A stretch of DNA of 63,806 bases, counting the filler, from Scyliorhinus canicula (taxonomy: Eukaryota), in NCBI RefSeq assembly GCF_902713615.1. It is 4 parts of 3 records of this genome, joined end to end, with 100 filler letters (N's around TTAATTAATTAA, not from the genome) between each part and the next. Parts side by side here need not be neighbours in the genome. Positions count along the whole stretch, not along the records: positions 36,740 to 58,801 come from NW_024055443.1; 3 more parts are not named here. The stretch is one strand, 5' to 3'. How positions within the stretch are numbered: the stretch's first letter is position 1; each line of letters starts with the position of its first letter. Below, piece by piece: positions 36,740 to 48,975 of this stretch. Below the pieces are notes generated by a model. That model was given only the letters and a program-made list of their open reading frames with translations. It made no database searches and was not told where the DNA came from. Made by a program: the position numbers and the translations under genes.

Positions 36740-38179
36740 AAAAAAATTAAAATGTGAATAGAGTCAATTAAATGTTAAGATGTTTCCATCTAGTAATTTG
36801 GAGTTTATTGCTCAACATTGTTTGATTGTCAGGTTGTTTTAATTAAACCCCAATTATTTCATAAAGCTCTGGGTAAAACAAGTTAGGGATTATTGAAAGC
36901 CATTTATATTTTATTTATTATTATAGTACAGATAATCGAATAAAGAATTAGCTGACAAGTAACAATAACTTACAATACAATATCAGTGAGAATTAATTCA
37001 ACATAAATGACCTCCTACAATTGAGTTGTATCCTGGCAATATCTCAAATGTTTTAGAGAACTTTAATAATATCTGAAATGAATTTAGGAAACAATACATT
37101 TCTTTACACTGCTGTGTACAGGTAAACTCTTTTGCTGATTACATTCTTTTGCTCTGATTCTTTTGCTGATTACATTTAATTGTGATTTTAGATCATATCA
37201 GTGGGTAATGTGAATATTTTCTGGTTTGTTTAATTATTGCCCTGTCACTGAGTCTCTGTTACATCATTAATCTGCCCTGAATCTGTAATATTTAATCTGC
37301 TCATTTTCAGCAAAGCTACTTTTTGCCCAATTATCGAGATTTGAGACAGACAGGGAAAAATAGTTAAAAGTCGAATATGAGATTGAAATTAATGTCAGTT
37401 TAATTTCAAATAAATTACTGAATTATTGTTGTCGGAAGTTGACCACTGATCAATTAGAATCAAACAGTTTCATGAAAGTTGACAGATTGAACAGATCTAT
37501 CTGCTGGAACTCGATTGTTGTCATGTGTGTCTGATCAGTTTCTGTGCGTGCGGTCACTGTGCTGGGACCAGGAATCTTCCTGATTGGTTATAAATCTTCT
37601 GCTTCATTTTCAAGTATTTCAGGGAGTGCAATTTGTTCAAGTCCTTCAATAAAACTTGTGTCTGTGAGAAATGTGAAAATTTTACTTGACGTTTGACAAG
37701 GCGACTCAGAAAGGTGATTCCTCATCCAGATTGTGACAGAAAGAATTCAGCAACGCCAGACAGGCTGGAGAAGGAGATTTGGTTGATTTTTAAGCAGTGA
37801 TATATTGGTCTTGGGAATTTTCGATTAGGCAACGCAGAGAGAGATTTACTGGGTTACATTCCGTGCTATTGTAATTCTTGATCTATTTAATGGGTCAGTG
37901 CAGCGGAGAAATCCCTTTGCATTTTATTTTTAATCCTATCCTAGGATTTTGGAGGCGCTGGCAAGGCCAGATTTTATTATATATGCCGAAGTGTCCCCCC
38001 GGAAAGTTTAGATGTGAAACATCCTTTAATAATTGCAGTCCATGTTGCGGAGGGATATCCGCGATATTGTCAGGGTGGGAGTTCCAGAATTTTGACTCGG
38101 CGACAGTGAAGGAATGGCGGTGTATTCCTAAATCAGGATGGTGAGTGTCTTGGAAGGGAACTTGCAGGTTTTGGTGCAC

Positions 38180-39810
38180 TCATACATCGACAGAAACATA
38201 TGCACACTCTCGCTCTCTCACACACATTCTCTCATCCTCACACAAACTCATTCTCTCACACACATAATCACAATACTTCTTTCAAACATACACACTGTGC
38301 CTCGCACACAATGACTCTCGCAATCTCACTCTCAGACACACTGTGACGATCTGCCTCTCTCACACACACATTCGCTCACACGCTCTCACTCGCACACGCT
38401 CTATCGCACACGCACTCTCTTTCACCAAATCTCTCTGATACACCTTGCCCCTCTCTCTCTCTCACCCACTCTCAAACACACAGACCCTCTCCCTCACATA
38501 CATGCATAATAGCTCTTCAAACACCGCATGTTTTCTTTCAGGCTCTCTCTCACACGCATTCCCTCTGATACATACACAATATCTCAGACGCACACAAACT
38601 CGCCAACATATTATTATCCTCTCACTCTCACGCACTCTCACACGTGCACCCTGGCACATGCCCTCTCGCTCGTGGACACTGTCTCATTCTCTCTCTCTGA
38701 CAATCTATCTCTCTCTTTCAGGCATGCAGTATCTTACTCTCTCGTATTCCCTCTCTCTCTGACACACACACACTCTCATACGCACATTCTTTCTCTCACA
38801 CACTCCCTCTCTATCACAGGCACACTATCTCAGACACACAGATCTCTCTCTCTCTCTCTCATACAGTCTCACATCCATAATCGCTCTTCAAACAGAATCA
38901 TTCCTTCTTTCACGCACACAATCTCAAACATACTATCACTCTCCCTTTCTCTCACACACTTCCACAGACACACACATGCACCCTGTCACACACATACATT
39001 CTCCCACCTGCTCTCTCTCTCATGCACACTGTGTCCCGTGTCTCTCTCACACAATCTCTCTCTTTCGCACATGCACACTCTCATACACACACACACATAC
39101 TCACACAATCACTTATCTCTCTCTCTCACACACACAAACACTGGTACATACATATCTCGTAAACACATTTTCTTTCACTCAAACACAGACATGTTCTGTG
39201 GCAAACTCTATCACACGTTTTCAGAAACACACAAACGCATCCCCACATTCTGCCTCTCTCTGACACACATGGTCTCTCTCTCTCTCTGTCTTAGGTACAC
39301 ACCCACATGCTCTCTAATCTCTCACACACACACAATCATACACACACTATATCGAACTCATGCACACAATCTCCCATTTCCACACACTCTCACACATATT
39401 GCCTCTCTCACTCACACAGAAAATCTCACACACACACATCCCCTCACACGCATTCACACAAAAACTCTCCCTTGCACATTATTTTATTCTCCCTCTAACA
39501 CCTATCTCACATACATACACATACCCTGTCTCTCTCTCACACACACACAGGAACACACACATATGTTCACAAACACTTACACTCAGAGGCGCAACACAGC
39601 AACATACACACAATCAAGAAAACACACACACAGCAGCACACAAACAGGAACAGACACACACGCTCACAGACAAACATGAACACCGAGGAACACGTACACA
39701 GGGATACAGAGGGATACACACACACACGGGAACGGACACACGCTCACACACACATACACAATGAACACCTAAGAACTCGCACACAGGGACACACATAAAG
39801 AACACACGGA
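38180..39810. repeat. Degenerate (CT)n/(CA)n low-complexity tract
   Basis: Almost entirely CACACA/CTCTCT derivatives. Confidence 0.9.
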
Positions 39811-39814
39811 CAGC

Positions 39815-41035
39815 TGAGAGTGACTGTTCGTGACATCAAGGCAACATTTGAACCAGTGTTGCATCAAGGAGCCCAAACAAAACTGGAGTCAATGGGAATC
39901 GGGGGGAAATTCCCCGCTGGTTTGAGTCATACCCAGCGGAAAGGAAGATGGTTTCGGTTTTTGGAGGTCAATCATCTCAGTTCCAGGACATCACTGCAGG
40001 GGTTCCTCAGTGTCGGCCCCGCCATCTTTAGCTGCTTCAGCAATGACCTTCCAAAAGTCAGAAGTGGGGATTTTGGCTGATCATTGAACGATGTGCAGCA
40101 CCATTCACGACTCCGCAGTTACTGAAGCAGTCCATTGCTAAATGCAGCAAGATCTGGACTATATCCAGGCTTGGGCTGACAAGGGGAAAGGAACATTCAC
40201 ACCAGACAAGTGCACGCAATGGACATCTCAAACAAGCGAAGATCGAACGATCACCCTAATGCCATTCAATGGAATTACCATCGCTGAATCTCCTGCTGAC
40301 CATTGACCAGAAACTGAACTGGACTCGCCATATATACTGCGTGTCTGTGACAACAAGTCAGAGACTCGGAATTCTGCAACAAAAACACCTCCTGATGCCC
40401 CAAAGCCTGTCCACCATCTGCAACACCAGGTTAAAGTCCAACAGGTTTGTTTGGAATTCCTAGCTTTCGGAGCGCAACTCCTTCATCAGGTGAGTCACCT
40501 GAGTGAGACTTCTTACTGTGCTCACCCCAGTCCAACGCCGACATCTCTATATCACCATCTGCAAGGCACATTCAGGAGTGTGATGGAATACTCTCCACTT
40601 GTCTGGATGAATGCAGCTCCAATGACACAAAAGTAGCCCGCTTAATTGGCACACCATCGACAACCACTCCCTCCCTCCACCGCTGAGGAACACTGGCAGC
40701 AGTGTGTAACACCTACAACATGCTCTGAAGGAGCTGGTCATGGCTGCTTGGACAGCACCTTCAAATCTCACAACAGCTACCATCTGTACACGGAGAGCAG
40801 ACACATGGGAACATCACCAACTGGAATTTCTCCATCAAGCCTCTCACCATCGTGACCTCAAAATATCACATTGTTTCTTCACTGTCGATGATTCAAAATT
40901 CTGGAGCTGCCTCCCAAACACCACATGGACTGCAGTGGTTGAAGAACGAAGCTCACCGCCATCTTCTCAAGGGCAATGAGAGGTGGGAAATAAATGCTGG
41001 CCCAGGCAGAGACATCTGCATCACAAGAATGAAGA
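39815..41035 (+). mobile_element. Old CR1/L2-type LINE RT fragment with a family B hairpin at ~40410-40520
   Basis: Decayed GVPQ..GP.IFSCF.NDLP and F(A)DD regions (GGGGTTCCTCAGTGTCGGCCCCGCCATCTTTAGCTGCTTCAGCAATGACCTTCC). Confidence 0.7.
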
Positions 41036-41172
41036 AAACACACTCTCTGACACAATATGACAATAATTTTACAGCCTGAAATTGACATTTTCAACATGAA
41101 AATCTATTAAGTTGGAGGAAGGTTCATTGTTCCAGTTCCGAATTGTTTTGTACAGAATGAAATTACACCGAC

Positions 41173-41494
41173 ATTAAAGCAGCTGTCCAGTGATCTACAC
41201 TGCTGTCTGACTGTACACAGCCGGTGTTACTGAATGAATTAAAGCTGCTGCCCAGTGATCTACACTGCTGTCTGACTGTACACAGCCGGTGTTACTGACA
41301 GTATTAAAGCAGCTGCCCAGTGATCTACACTGCTGTCTGACTGTACACAGCCGGTGTTACTGAATGTATTAAAGCTGCTGCCCAGTGATCTACACTGCTG
41401 TCTGACTTTACACAGCCGGTGTTACTGACAGTATTAAAGCAGCTGCCCAGTGATCTACATTGCTGTCTGACTGTACACAGCCGGTGTTACTGAA
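41173..41494. repeat. 65-bp minisatellite, 5 copies, WGCW-rich
   Basis: Units start at 41173, 41238, 41303, 41368 and 41433: ATTAAAGC(A/T)GCTG(T/C)CCAGTGATCTACACTGCTGTCTGACTGTACACAGCCGGTGTTACTGA.... Confidence 0.93.
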
Positions 41495-41669
41495 AGCTGA
41501 TCAATGTGTAGAATCAGGACAGGATGGATGGAGAGGAAGAGGAGGAGGTGGGGGTGGTGCAGCCGAATGGAGGAGCCCCCAGCTCGGCTGTGGACAACAG
41601 ACAAGAGAAAGCTGAGCCTGAGCGGAATGTCATCCAGAGAAACATCGCCAGGCTTGGCCCGGAGTACCT

Positions 41670-44600
41670 GAATGATCACTCATTCACCCTCACCCACACT
41701 CACTCACCGTCACTCACACTCACGCACACTCACTCACACTCACCCACCGTCACTCACACTCACGCACACTCACTCACACTCACCCACCGTCACTCACACT
41801 CACCCACCGTCACTCACACTCACCCACACTCACTCACACTCACTCACTGTCACTCACACTCACTCATGCTCACTCACCGTCACTCTCACTCACTCACACT
41901 CACTCACTGTCACTCACACTCACTCACCATCACTCACACTCACTCACCCCTGTTCACACTCACTCACAGTCACTCATACACACTGACTGATTAACCCATA
42001 CTCATTTACCGGCACTAAGTCACAATCCCTCCCTCAATCGTCACCCTCATGCATCCATACCCACTAACCCACATTCATTCACACACCCACACTCAACTAT
42101 GCACATCGTCAATCACCAACCCTCATTCCCTTACCCTCACTCACTCACAGTAATCCATCCGAACTAACTCACCCTCCCTCACCCACCTTGTCATCCACAT
42201 TCACTTCCACACCCTCACTCACCAACCCTCACCCACCCTCACTCACCCACCCTCACTAAGCAACCCTCACCCACCCTCACTCACCAACCCTCACCCAGCC
42301 TCACTCACCCACCCTCACTAACCAACCCTCACCCACACTCACTCACCCACCCTCACTAACCAACCCTCATCCAGCCTCACTCATCCACCCTCACTAACCA
42401 ACCCTCACCCTGACTCACTCACCCACCCTCACTCACCCACCCTCACCCAGCCTCACTCACCCACCCTCACTAACCAACCCTCACCCAGCCTCACTCACCT
42501 ACCCTCACTAACCAACCCTCACCCAGCCTCACTCACCCACCCTCACTAACCAACCCTCAGCCAGCCTCACTCAACCACCCTCACTAACCAACCCTCACCC
42601 AGCCTCACTCACCCACCCTCACTAACCAACCCTCACCCAGCCTCACTCAACCACCCTCACTAACCAACCCTCACCCAGCCTCACTCACCCACCCTCACTA
42701 ACCAACCCTCACCCAGCCTCGCTCACCCACCCTCACTAACCAACCCTCACCCAGCCTCACTCACCCACCCTCACTAACCAACCCTCACCCAGCGTCACTC
42801 ACCAACCCTCACCCACCCTCACTAACCAACCCTCACCCAGCCTCACTCACCCACCCTCACTAACCAACCCTCACCCAACCTCACTCACCCACCCTCACTA
42901 ACCAACCCTCACCCAGCCTCACTCATCTACCCTCACTCACCAACCCTCACCCAGCCTCACTCACCCACCCTCACTAACCAACACACCCAGCCTCACTCAC
43001 CCACCCTCACTAACCAACCCTCACCCAGCCTCACTCACCCACCCTCACTAACCAACCCTCACCCAGCGTCACTCACCAACCCTCACCCACCCTCACTAAC
43101 CAACCCTCACCCAGCCTCACTCACCCACCCTCACTAACCAACCCTCACCCAACCTCACTCACCCACCCTCACTAACCAACCCTCACCCAGCCTCACTCAC
43201 CCACCCTCACTAACCAACCCTCACCCAGCCTCACTCACCCACCCTCACTAACCAACACTCACCCAGCCTCACTCACCCACCCTCACTAAACACGTCTCAC
43301 CCAGCCTCACTCACCCACCCTCACTAACCAACCCTCACCCAGCGTCACTCACCCACCCTCACCCAGCCGAACTCACCCACCCTCACTAACCAACCCTCAC
43401 CCAGCGTCACTCACCAACCCTCACCCAGCCTCATTCACCCACCCTCACTAACCAACCCTCACCCAGCCTCACTCACCCACCCTCACTAACCAACCCTCAC
43501 CCAGCCTCACACACCCACACTCAATCACCCCACTCAAACTCACTCACCCTCACTCACCAACCCTCACCCACCATCACTCACTCACACTCACTCACCCACC
43601 CTCAGTCACCAACCCTCACCCAGCCTCACTCACTCACACTCACCCACCCTCACTCACACTCACTCACACTTACACACATTCAACCAGCCCACTCACACTT
43701 ACTCACTCACACCCACTCACCCTCGCTCACCAACAATCACCCACCCTCATTCACTGTCACTCACTCGCCCACTCTCACCCACACTCACTCTCTCACACTC
43801 ATTCACCCACACTCAACCACCCCACTCTCACTCGCTCACCTTCACTCACCAACCCTCACCCACCTTCATTCAATCACTCCAACTCACCCTCACTCACCAA
43901 CCCTCACCCATCCTCATTCACTCTCACTCACTCACCCACCCTCACCCTCACTCACTCACCCTCATTCACCCACACTCAACCACCCCACTCACTCACTCAT
44001 CCTCACTCACCGACGCACACTCACACACACTCACTCACCCACACTACTCACACTCAGTCACACTCACTCATCCTCACTCGCCAACCCTCATCCCCTCTCT
44101 CACACTCATTCACGCAACTACATTCACTCACTCCCACTCACCCTCACTCACCAACCCTCACTCACACTGACTCACACTCACTCACCCACAGCCAACCACC
44201 CCACTCAAACCCACTCACCCACGTTCAATGACTCACACTCACTCAACCACCCTTACTAATGGAAATCACTCAGTCCCTTCACTCAGCCACCGTCACTCAC
44301 TCACACTCACTTATTCACTCACTCCACACAACTTAATTCACTCCCCTCACTCAACCAGTCTCACACGCCCAGCTTCGTTCACTTTTCATAACTCACGCAC
44401 CCTCACTCACCCACACTCATTCGCTCACCCAATGTGATTCACTCACCCACACTCATTCACCCTCACTCATCCACCCTCATTCACTCAACTTCATTTACAA
44501 GCCCTCACTGAGCCTCACCTTCATTCACCCACCTTCACTCACTCAGTAGGCCTCATTCACACATCCTCGCTCACCCACTGTCACTCACTCTCCATCATTC

Positions 44601-44690
44601 ATCCATCCTCCCTCACACACCCACCATTACTCACGCAGCCACATTCAGAAACCTCAGATCACCCAAAATCTCACTCAACACCAAACCGCC
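41670..44690. repeat. C/A-rich tandem array with homogeneous 38-bp core (~42200-43560)
   Basis: Unit CCACCCTCACTAACCAACCCTCACCCAGCCTCACTCAC (period 38, e.g. 42546/42584/42622); flanks decay into (CACT)n. Confidence 0.93.
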
Positions 44691-44703
44691 CACTCATTTA
44701 TTT

Positions 44704-44991
44704 ACATGCTGTGGAGATGCTGGCGTTGGATTGGGTGAGCACAGTAAGAAATCTGACAACTCCAGGTTAAAGTCCAACAGGTTTGTTTGAAACACTAGCT
44801 TTCGCAGCACTGCTCCTTCCTCAGGTGAGTGAAGAGGTAGGTTCCAGAAATATATATACAGACAAAACTCTATATGTATGTTTCTGGAACATATCTTTTC
44901 ATTCACCTGAGGAAGGAGCAGTGCTCCAAAAGCTCGTGTTTGAAACAAATCTGTTGGACTTTAACCTGGTGTTGTAAGACTTCTTAATCTG
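44704..44991. mobile_element. Family B fold-back element with 11-bp TSD
   Basis: Inverted arms of ~110 bp (GCACAGTAAG...CCTCAGGTGA / TCACCTGAGG...CTTCTTAATCTGC); CTCATTTATTT at 44693-44703 and 44992-45002. Confidence 0.8.
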
Positions 44992-45430
44992 CTCATTTAT
45001 TTTCAACCATCACCGTCGCCCATGCATCCTCCCTCACTCACCCATCCATCCTCACTCATTTACAATCGCACGCCCATCCTCATGCTCCACACTCATACGC
45101 GCCCACCATTGTTCATGCACACACACTGACACACCCAGCCACCCTCTTCTCACTCCCGCCCTAATTCACACCCCTGCTATCTCACCCTCATTCACTTGTC
45201 CCCTTGCTCACTAAATGGGAGGAGTTAGTCTGCAATGAGAGAGGAAGAGAGAATTGGAGCGAGGAGTGAGAGGCAGTGTGCACGAACGTGGTGGCCTGGC
45301 AAGGCGGCAGTAGGACCCAGGAGAAAGAGAAGAGAGCTGGAGGGAAGCGTCAGGGTCGGGGGCGGGGAGAATTGTAAAGAGGACGTGGGAAAATATCGAG
45401 GGAGAGGAACATGTCAAAGAGTCATGGAAT

Positions 45431-48400
45431 AGAGCAGAGAGCCCTGGAAAAGGTAGAGAGATGGGGAAATGTGCGGGAAGCCTCAGAAAAGGCAGAGAGC
45501 TGTGGAAACCTGCGGGGAGCCTGAGAAAATATAGAGAGTTGGGGAAAGGACAGGGAGCCTGGGAAAAGGCAGAGAGCCGGGGGAAAGCACAGGGAGCCTG
45601 GGAAAAGGCAGAGAGCCGGGGAAAGCATAGGGAAGCTGGGAAAAGGTAGAGAGCTGGGGAAAAGCACAGGGAGCCTGGGAAAATATAGAGAGCTGGGGAA
45701 AGGACAGGGAGCCTGGGAAAAGGCAGAGAGCCGGGAAAAAGCACAGGGAAGCTGGGAAAAGGTAGAGAGTTGGGGAAAAGCACAGGGAGACTGGGAAAAG
45801 GCAGCGATCTGGAGAAAGTACAGGGAGCCTGGGAAAAGGTAGAGGTTTGGGGGAAAGCGCATCAGCCTGGGAAAAGGTAGAAAGCTGGGAAAACGTGCGG
45901 GGAGCCTGGGAAAGAGTAGAAAGCTGGTGAAACGTGCGGGGAGCCTGGGAAAAGGTAGAGAGCTGGGGAAAAGCGCAGGGAGCCTGGGAAAAGGTAGAGT
46001 GCTGGGGGAAAGCACAGGAAGCCTGGAAAAGGTAGAGAGCTGGGGAAAAGTGCGGGGAGTCTGGGAAAAGGCAGTGAGCTGGGGAAAAGCGCAGGGAGTC
46101 TGGGAAAGGGCAGAGAGCGGGGAAAAGCACAGGGAGCCTGGGAACAGGCAGAGAGCTGGGGAAGAGCACAGGAGCCTGGGAAAATGTATAGAGCTGTGGG
46201 AAAGTGCAGGGAGCCTGTGAAAAGGTAGAAAGCTGGGTAAAAGTGCGGGGAGTTTGGGAAAAGGCAGAGAGTTGGGGGAAAGCGCAGGGAGTCTGGGAAA
46301 GGGCAGAGAGTTGGGGGAATAGGACAGGGAGCCTGGGAAACGTTTGAGAGCTGGAGGAAAGCAAAAGGAGTCCGGACAATGCAGGAAGCTAGGCGAAAGC
46401 TCAGGGAGCCTGGGAAAAGGCTGAGAGCTGGGGAAAGCTCAGGGAGCCTGGGAAAAGGCTGAGAGCTGGGGAAAAGCGCAGGGAGCCTGGGAAAAGGCTG
46501 AGAGCTGGGGAAAAGCGCAGGGAGCCTGGGAAAAGGCTGAGAGCTGGGGAAAAGCGCAGGGAGCCTGGGAAAAGGCTGAGAGCTGGGGAAAAGCACAGGG
46601 AGACTGGGAAAGGCTGAGAGCTGGGGAAAAGCGTTGGGGGACTGGGAAAGGCTGAGAGCTGGGGAAAAGCACTGGGAGACTGGGAAAAGGCTGAGAGCTG
46701 GGGAAAAGCACAAGGAGACTGGGAAAAGGCTGAGAGCTGGGGAAAAGAGCAGGGAGACTGGGAAAACGTAGGCAGCTGGGAAAAAGCGCAGGATGCCTGG
46801 GAAAAGGTAGGGAGCTGGGAAAAAGCACAGGATGCCTGGGAAAAGGTAGAGAGCTGGGGAAAAGCACAGGATGCCTGGGAAAAGATAGAGCTGGGGAAAA
46901 GCGCAGGGAGACTGGGAAAAGATAGAGCTGGGGAAAAGCACAGGGAGACTGGGAAAATGCAGAGAGCTGGGGAAAAGTGCAGGGAGCCTGGGAAAAGGTA
47001 GAGAGACGGGGAAAAGCACAGGGAGCCTGGGAAAATGTAGAGAGCTGGGGGGAAAGCGCAGGGAGCCTGGGAAAAGATGGAGCTGGGGAAAAGAACAGGG
47101 AGACTGGGAAAAGATAGAGCTGGGGAAAAGCGCAGGGAGACTGGGAAAAGGTATAGAGCTGGGGAAAAGCACAGGATGCCTGGGAAAAGGTAGAGAGCTG
47201 GCGAAAATCACAGGAAGCCTGGGAGACGATATGGAGCTGGGGGAAAGCACAGGGAGCCTGGGAAAAGATAGAGCTGGGGAAAAGCGCAGGGAGACTGGGA
47301 AAAGGTATAGAGCTGGGGAAAAGCGCAGGGAGCCTGGGAAAAGAAGGAGCTGGGGAAAAGCGCAGGGAGACTGGGAAACAATAGAGCTGGGGAAAAGCGC
47401 AGGGAGACTGGGAAAAGGTATAGAGCTGGGGAAAAGTGCAGGGAGCCTGGGAAAAGAAGGAGCTGGGGAAAAGCGCAGGGAGACTGGGAAAATGCAGAGA
47501 GCTGGGGAAAAGTGCAGGGAGCCTGGGAAAAGGTAGAGAGCTGGGGGGGAAAGCGCAGGGAGCCTGGGAAAGGATGGAGCTGGGGAAAAGCACAGGGAGG
47601 CTGGGAAAAGGCAGAGAGTTGGGGAACAGCACAGGGAGTCTGGGAAAGGGCAGAGAATTGGGGAAAGCGCAGGGAGCCTGGGAAAAGGTAGAGAGCTGGG
47701 GAAAGCACAGGGAGCCTGGGAAAAGGCTGAGAGCTGGGGAAAAGCACAGGGAGCCTGGGAAAAGGCTGAGAGCTGGGGGAAAGCACAGGGAGCCTGGGAA
47801 AAGGCTGAGAGCTGGGGAAAAGCGGAGGGAGACTGGGAAAGGCTGAGAGCTGGGGAAAAGCGCAGGGAGACTGGGAAAAGGCTGAGAGCTGGGGAAAAGC
47901 ACAGGGAGACTGGGAAAAGGTAGAGAGCTGGGAAAAAGCACAGGATGCCTGGGAAAAGGTAGAGAGCTGGGAAAAAGCACAGGATGCCTGGGAAAAGGTA
48001 GAGAGCTGGGGGAAATCACAGGAAGCCTGGGAGACGATATGGCGATCGGGCAAAGCACAGGGAGCCTGGGAAAAGATAGAGCTGGGGAAAAGCGCAGAGA
48101 GACTGGGAAAAGGTATAGAGCTGGGGAAAAGTGCAGGGAGCCTGGGAAAAGAAGGAGCTGGGGAAAAGCGCAGGGAGACTGGGAAAAGATAGAGCTGGGG
48201 AAAAGTGCAGGGAGCCTGGGAAGAGAAGGAGCTGGGGAAAAGCGCAGGGAGACTGGGAAAAGGTAGAGAGATGGGGAAAAGCACAGGGAGCCTGGGAAAA
48301 GGTAGAGAGCTGGGGGGGAAGCGCAGGGAGCCTGGGAAAAGATGGAGCTGGGGAAAAGTGCAGGGAGACTGGGAAAAGGCAGAGAGCTGGGGAAAAGCAC

Positions 48401-48975
48401 AGGGAGCCTCGGATATGGCAGCGAGCTGGGGTGGCGGGGGGGGGGGGGACACATGGAGCCTGGGAAATGGTATAAAGCTGGGTTAAAGTACAGGGAGCCT
48501 GGGAAAAGGCAGAGAGCTGGGGAAAAGCACAGGGAGCCTGAGAAAAGGCAGAGAGCTGGGGAAAAGCACAGGGAGCCTCGGAATGGGTAGCGAGCTGGCG
48601 GGGGAGGGGGGGGGGGGGGAGGGTGCGGGAACACACAGAGCCTGGGAAATGGTATAAAGCTGGGTAAAGTGTAGGGAGCCTGGGAAATACGAGAGCTGAG
48701 TAGTGAGCAGGTGAGATGGGCTGAGAGCTGAGCGCAGACAGGGGAGAGAATCTGCAGGAACACGGGGAAAAGTGGTAATTGCTGGGCCAAAGCCAATAAT
48801 CAGGGGGCAAAGTGCCATGTTCTGGGGAAAAGCACAAAGAGCAAGTGGAAAGTTCCAGAAGCTGAGGCAAAGAGCAAACAACCTGGAAAGATGCAGCTGG
48901 GCAAATTACAGAAGTGGAGGAAAGATCAGAGAGCTGGGAAAAGCGCAGAGAGCTGGGAAAAGGACAGGAAGCTGG
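45431..48975 (+). repeat. Purine/G-rich tandem array, 39-bp unit with AGCT motif (switch-region-like)
   Basis: Consensus approx. GAGAGCTGGGGAAAAGC(A/G)CAGGGAG(C/A)CTGGGAAAAGG(T/C)A repeated over ~3.5 kb, ending ~675 bp 5' of Cmu1. Confidence 0.95.

Noticed and set aside
38445-39805. 383-aa His/Thr/Leu/Ser-rich ORF
   Set aside because: Translation of degenerate (CA)/(CT) microsatellite.
41173-41494. Regular repeats resembling a CRISPR array
   Set aside because: Head-to-tail units without unique spacers, in vertebrate DNA, with no cas genes.
45211-48881. Very long minus-strand ORFs (up to 785 aa, F/P/S/L-rich) and plus-strand G/K/E-rich ORFs
   Set aside because: They are translations of the 39-bp tandem array; a unit length divisible by 3 and pyrimidine bias avoid stop codons. 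No domain structure or splice context.
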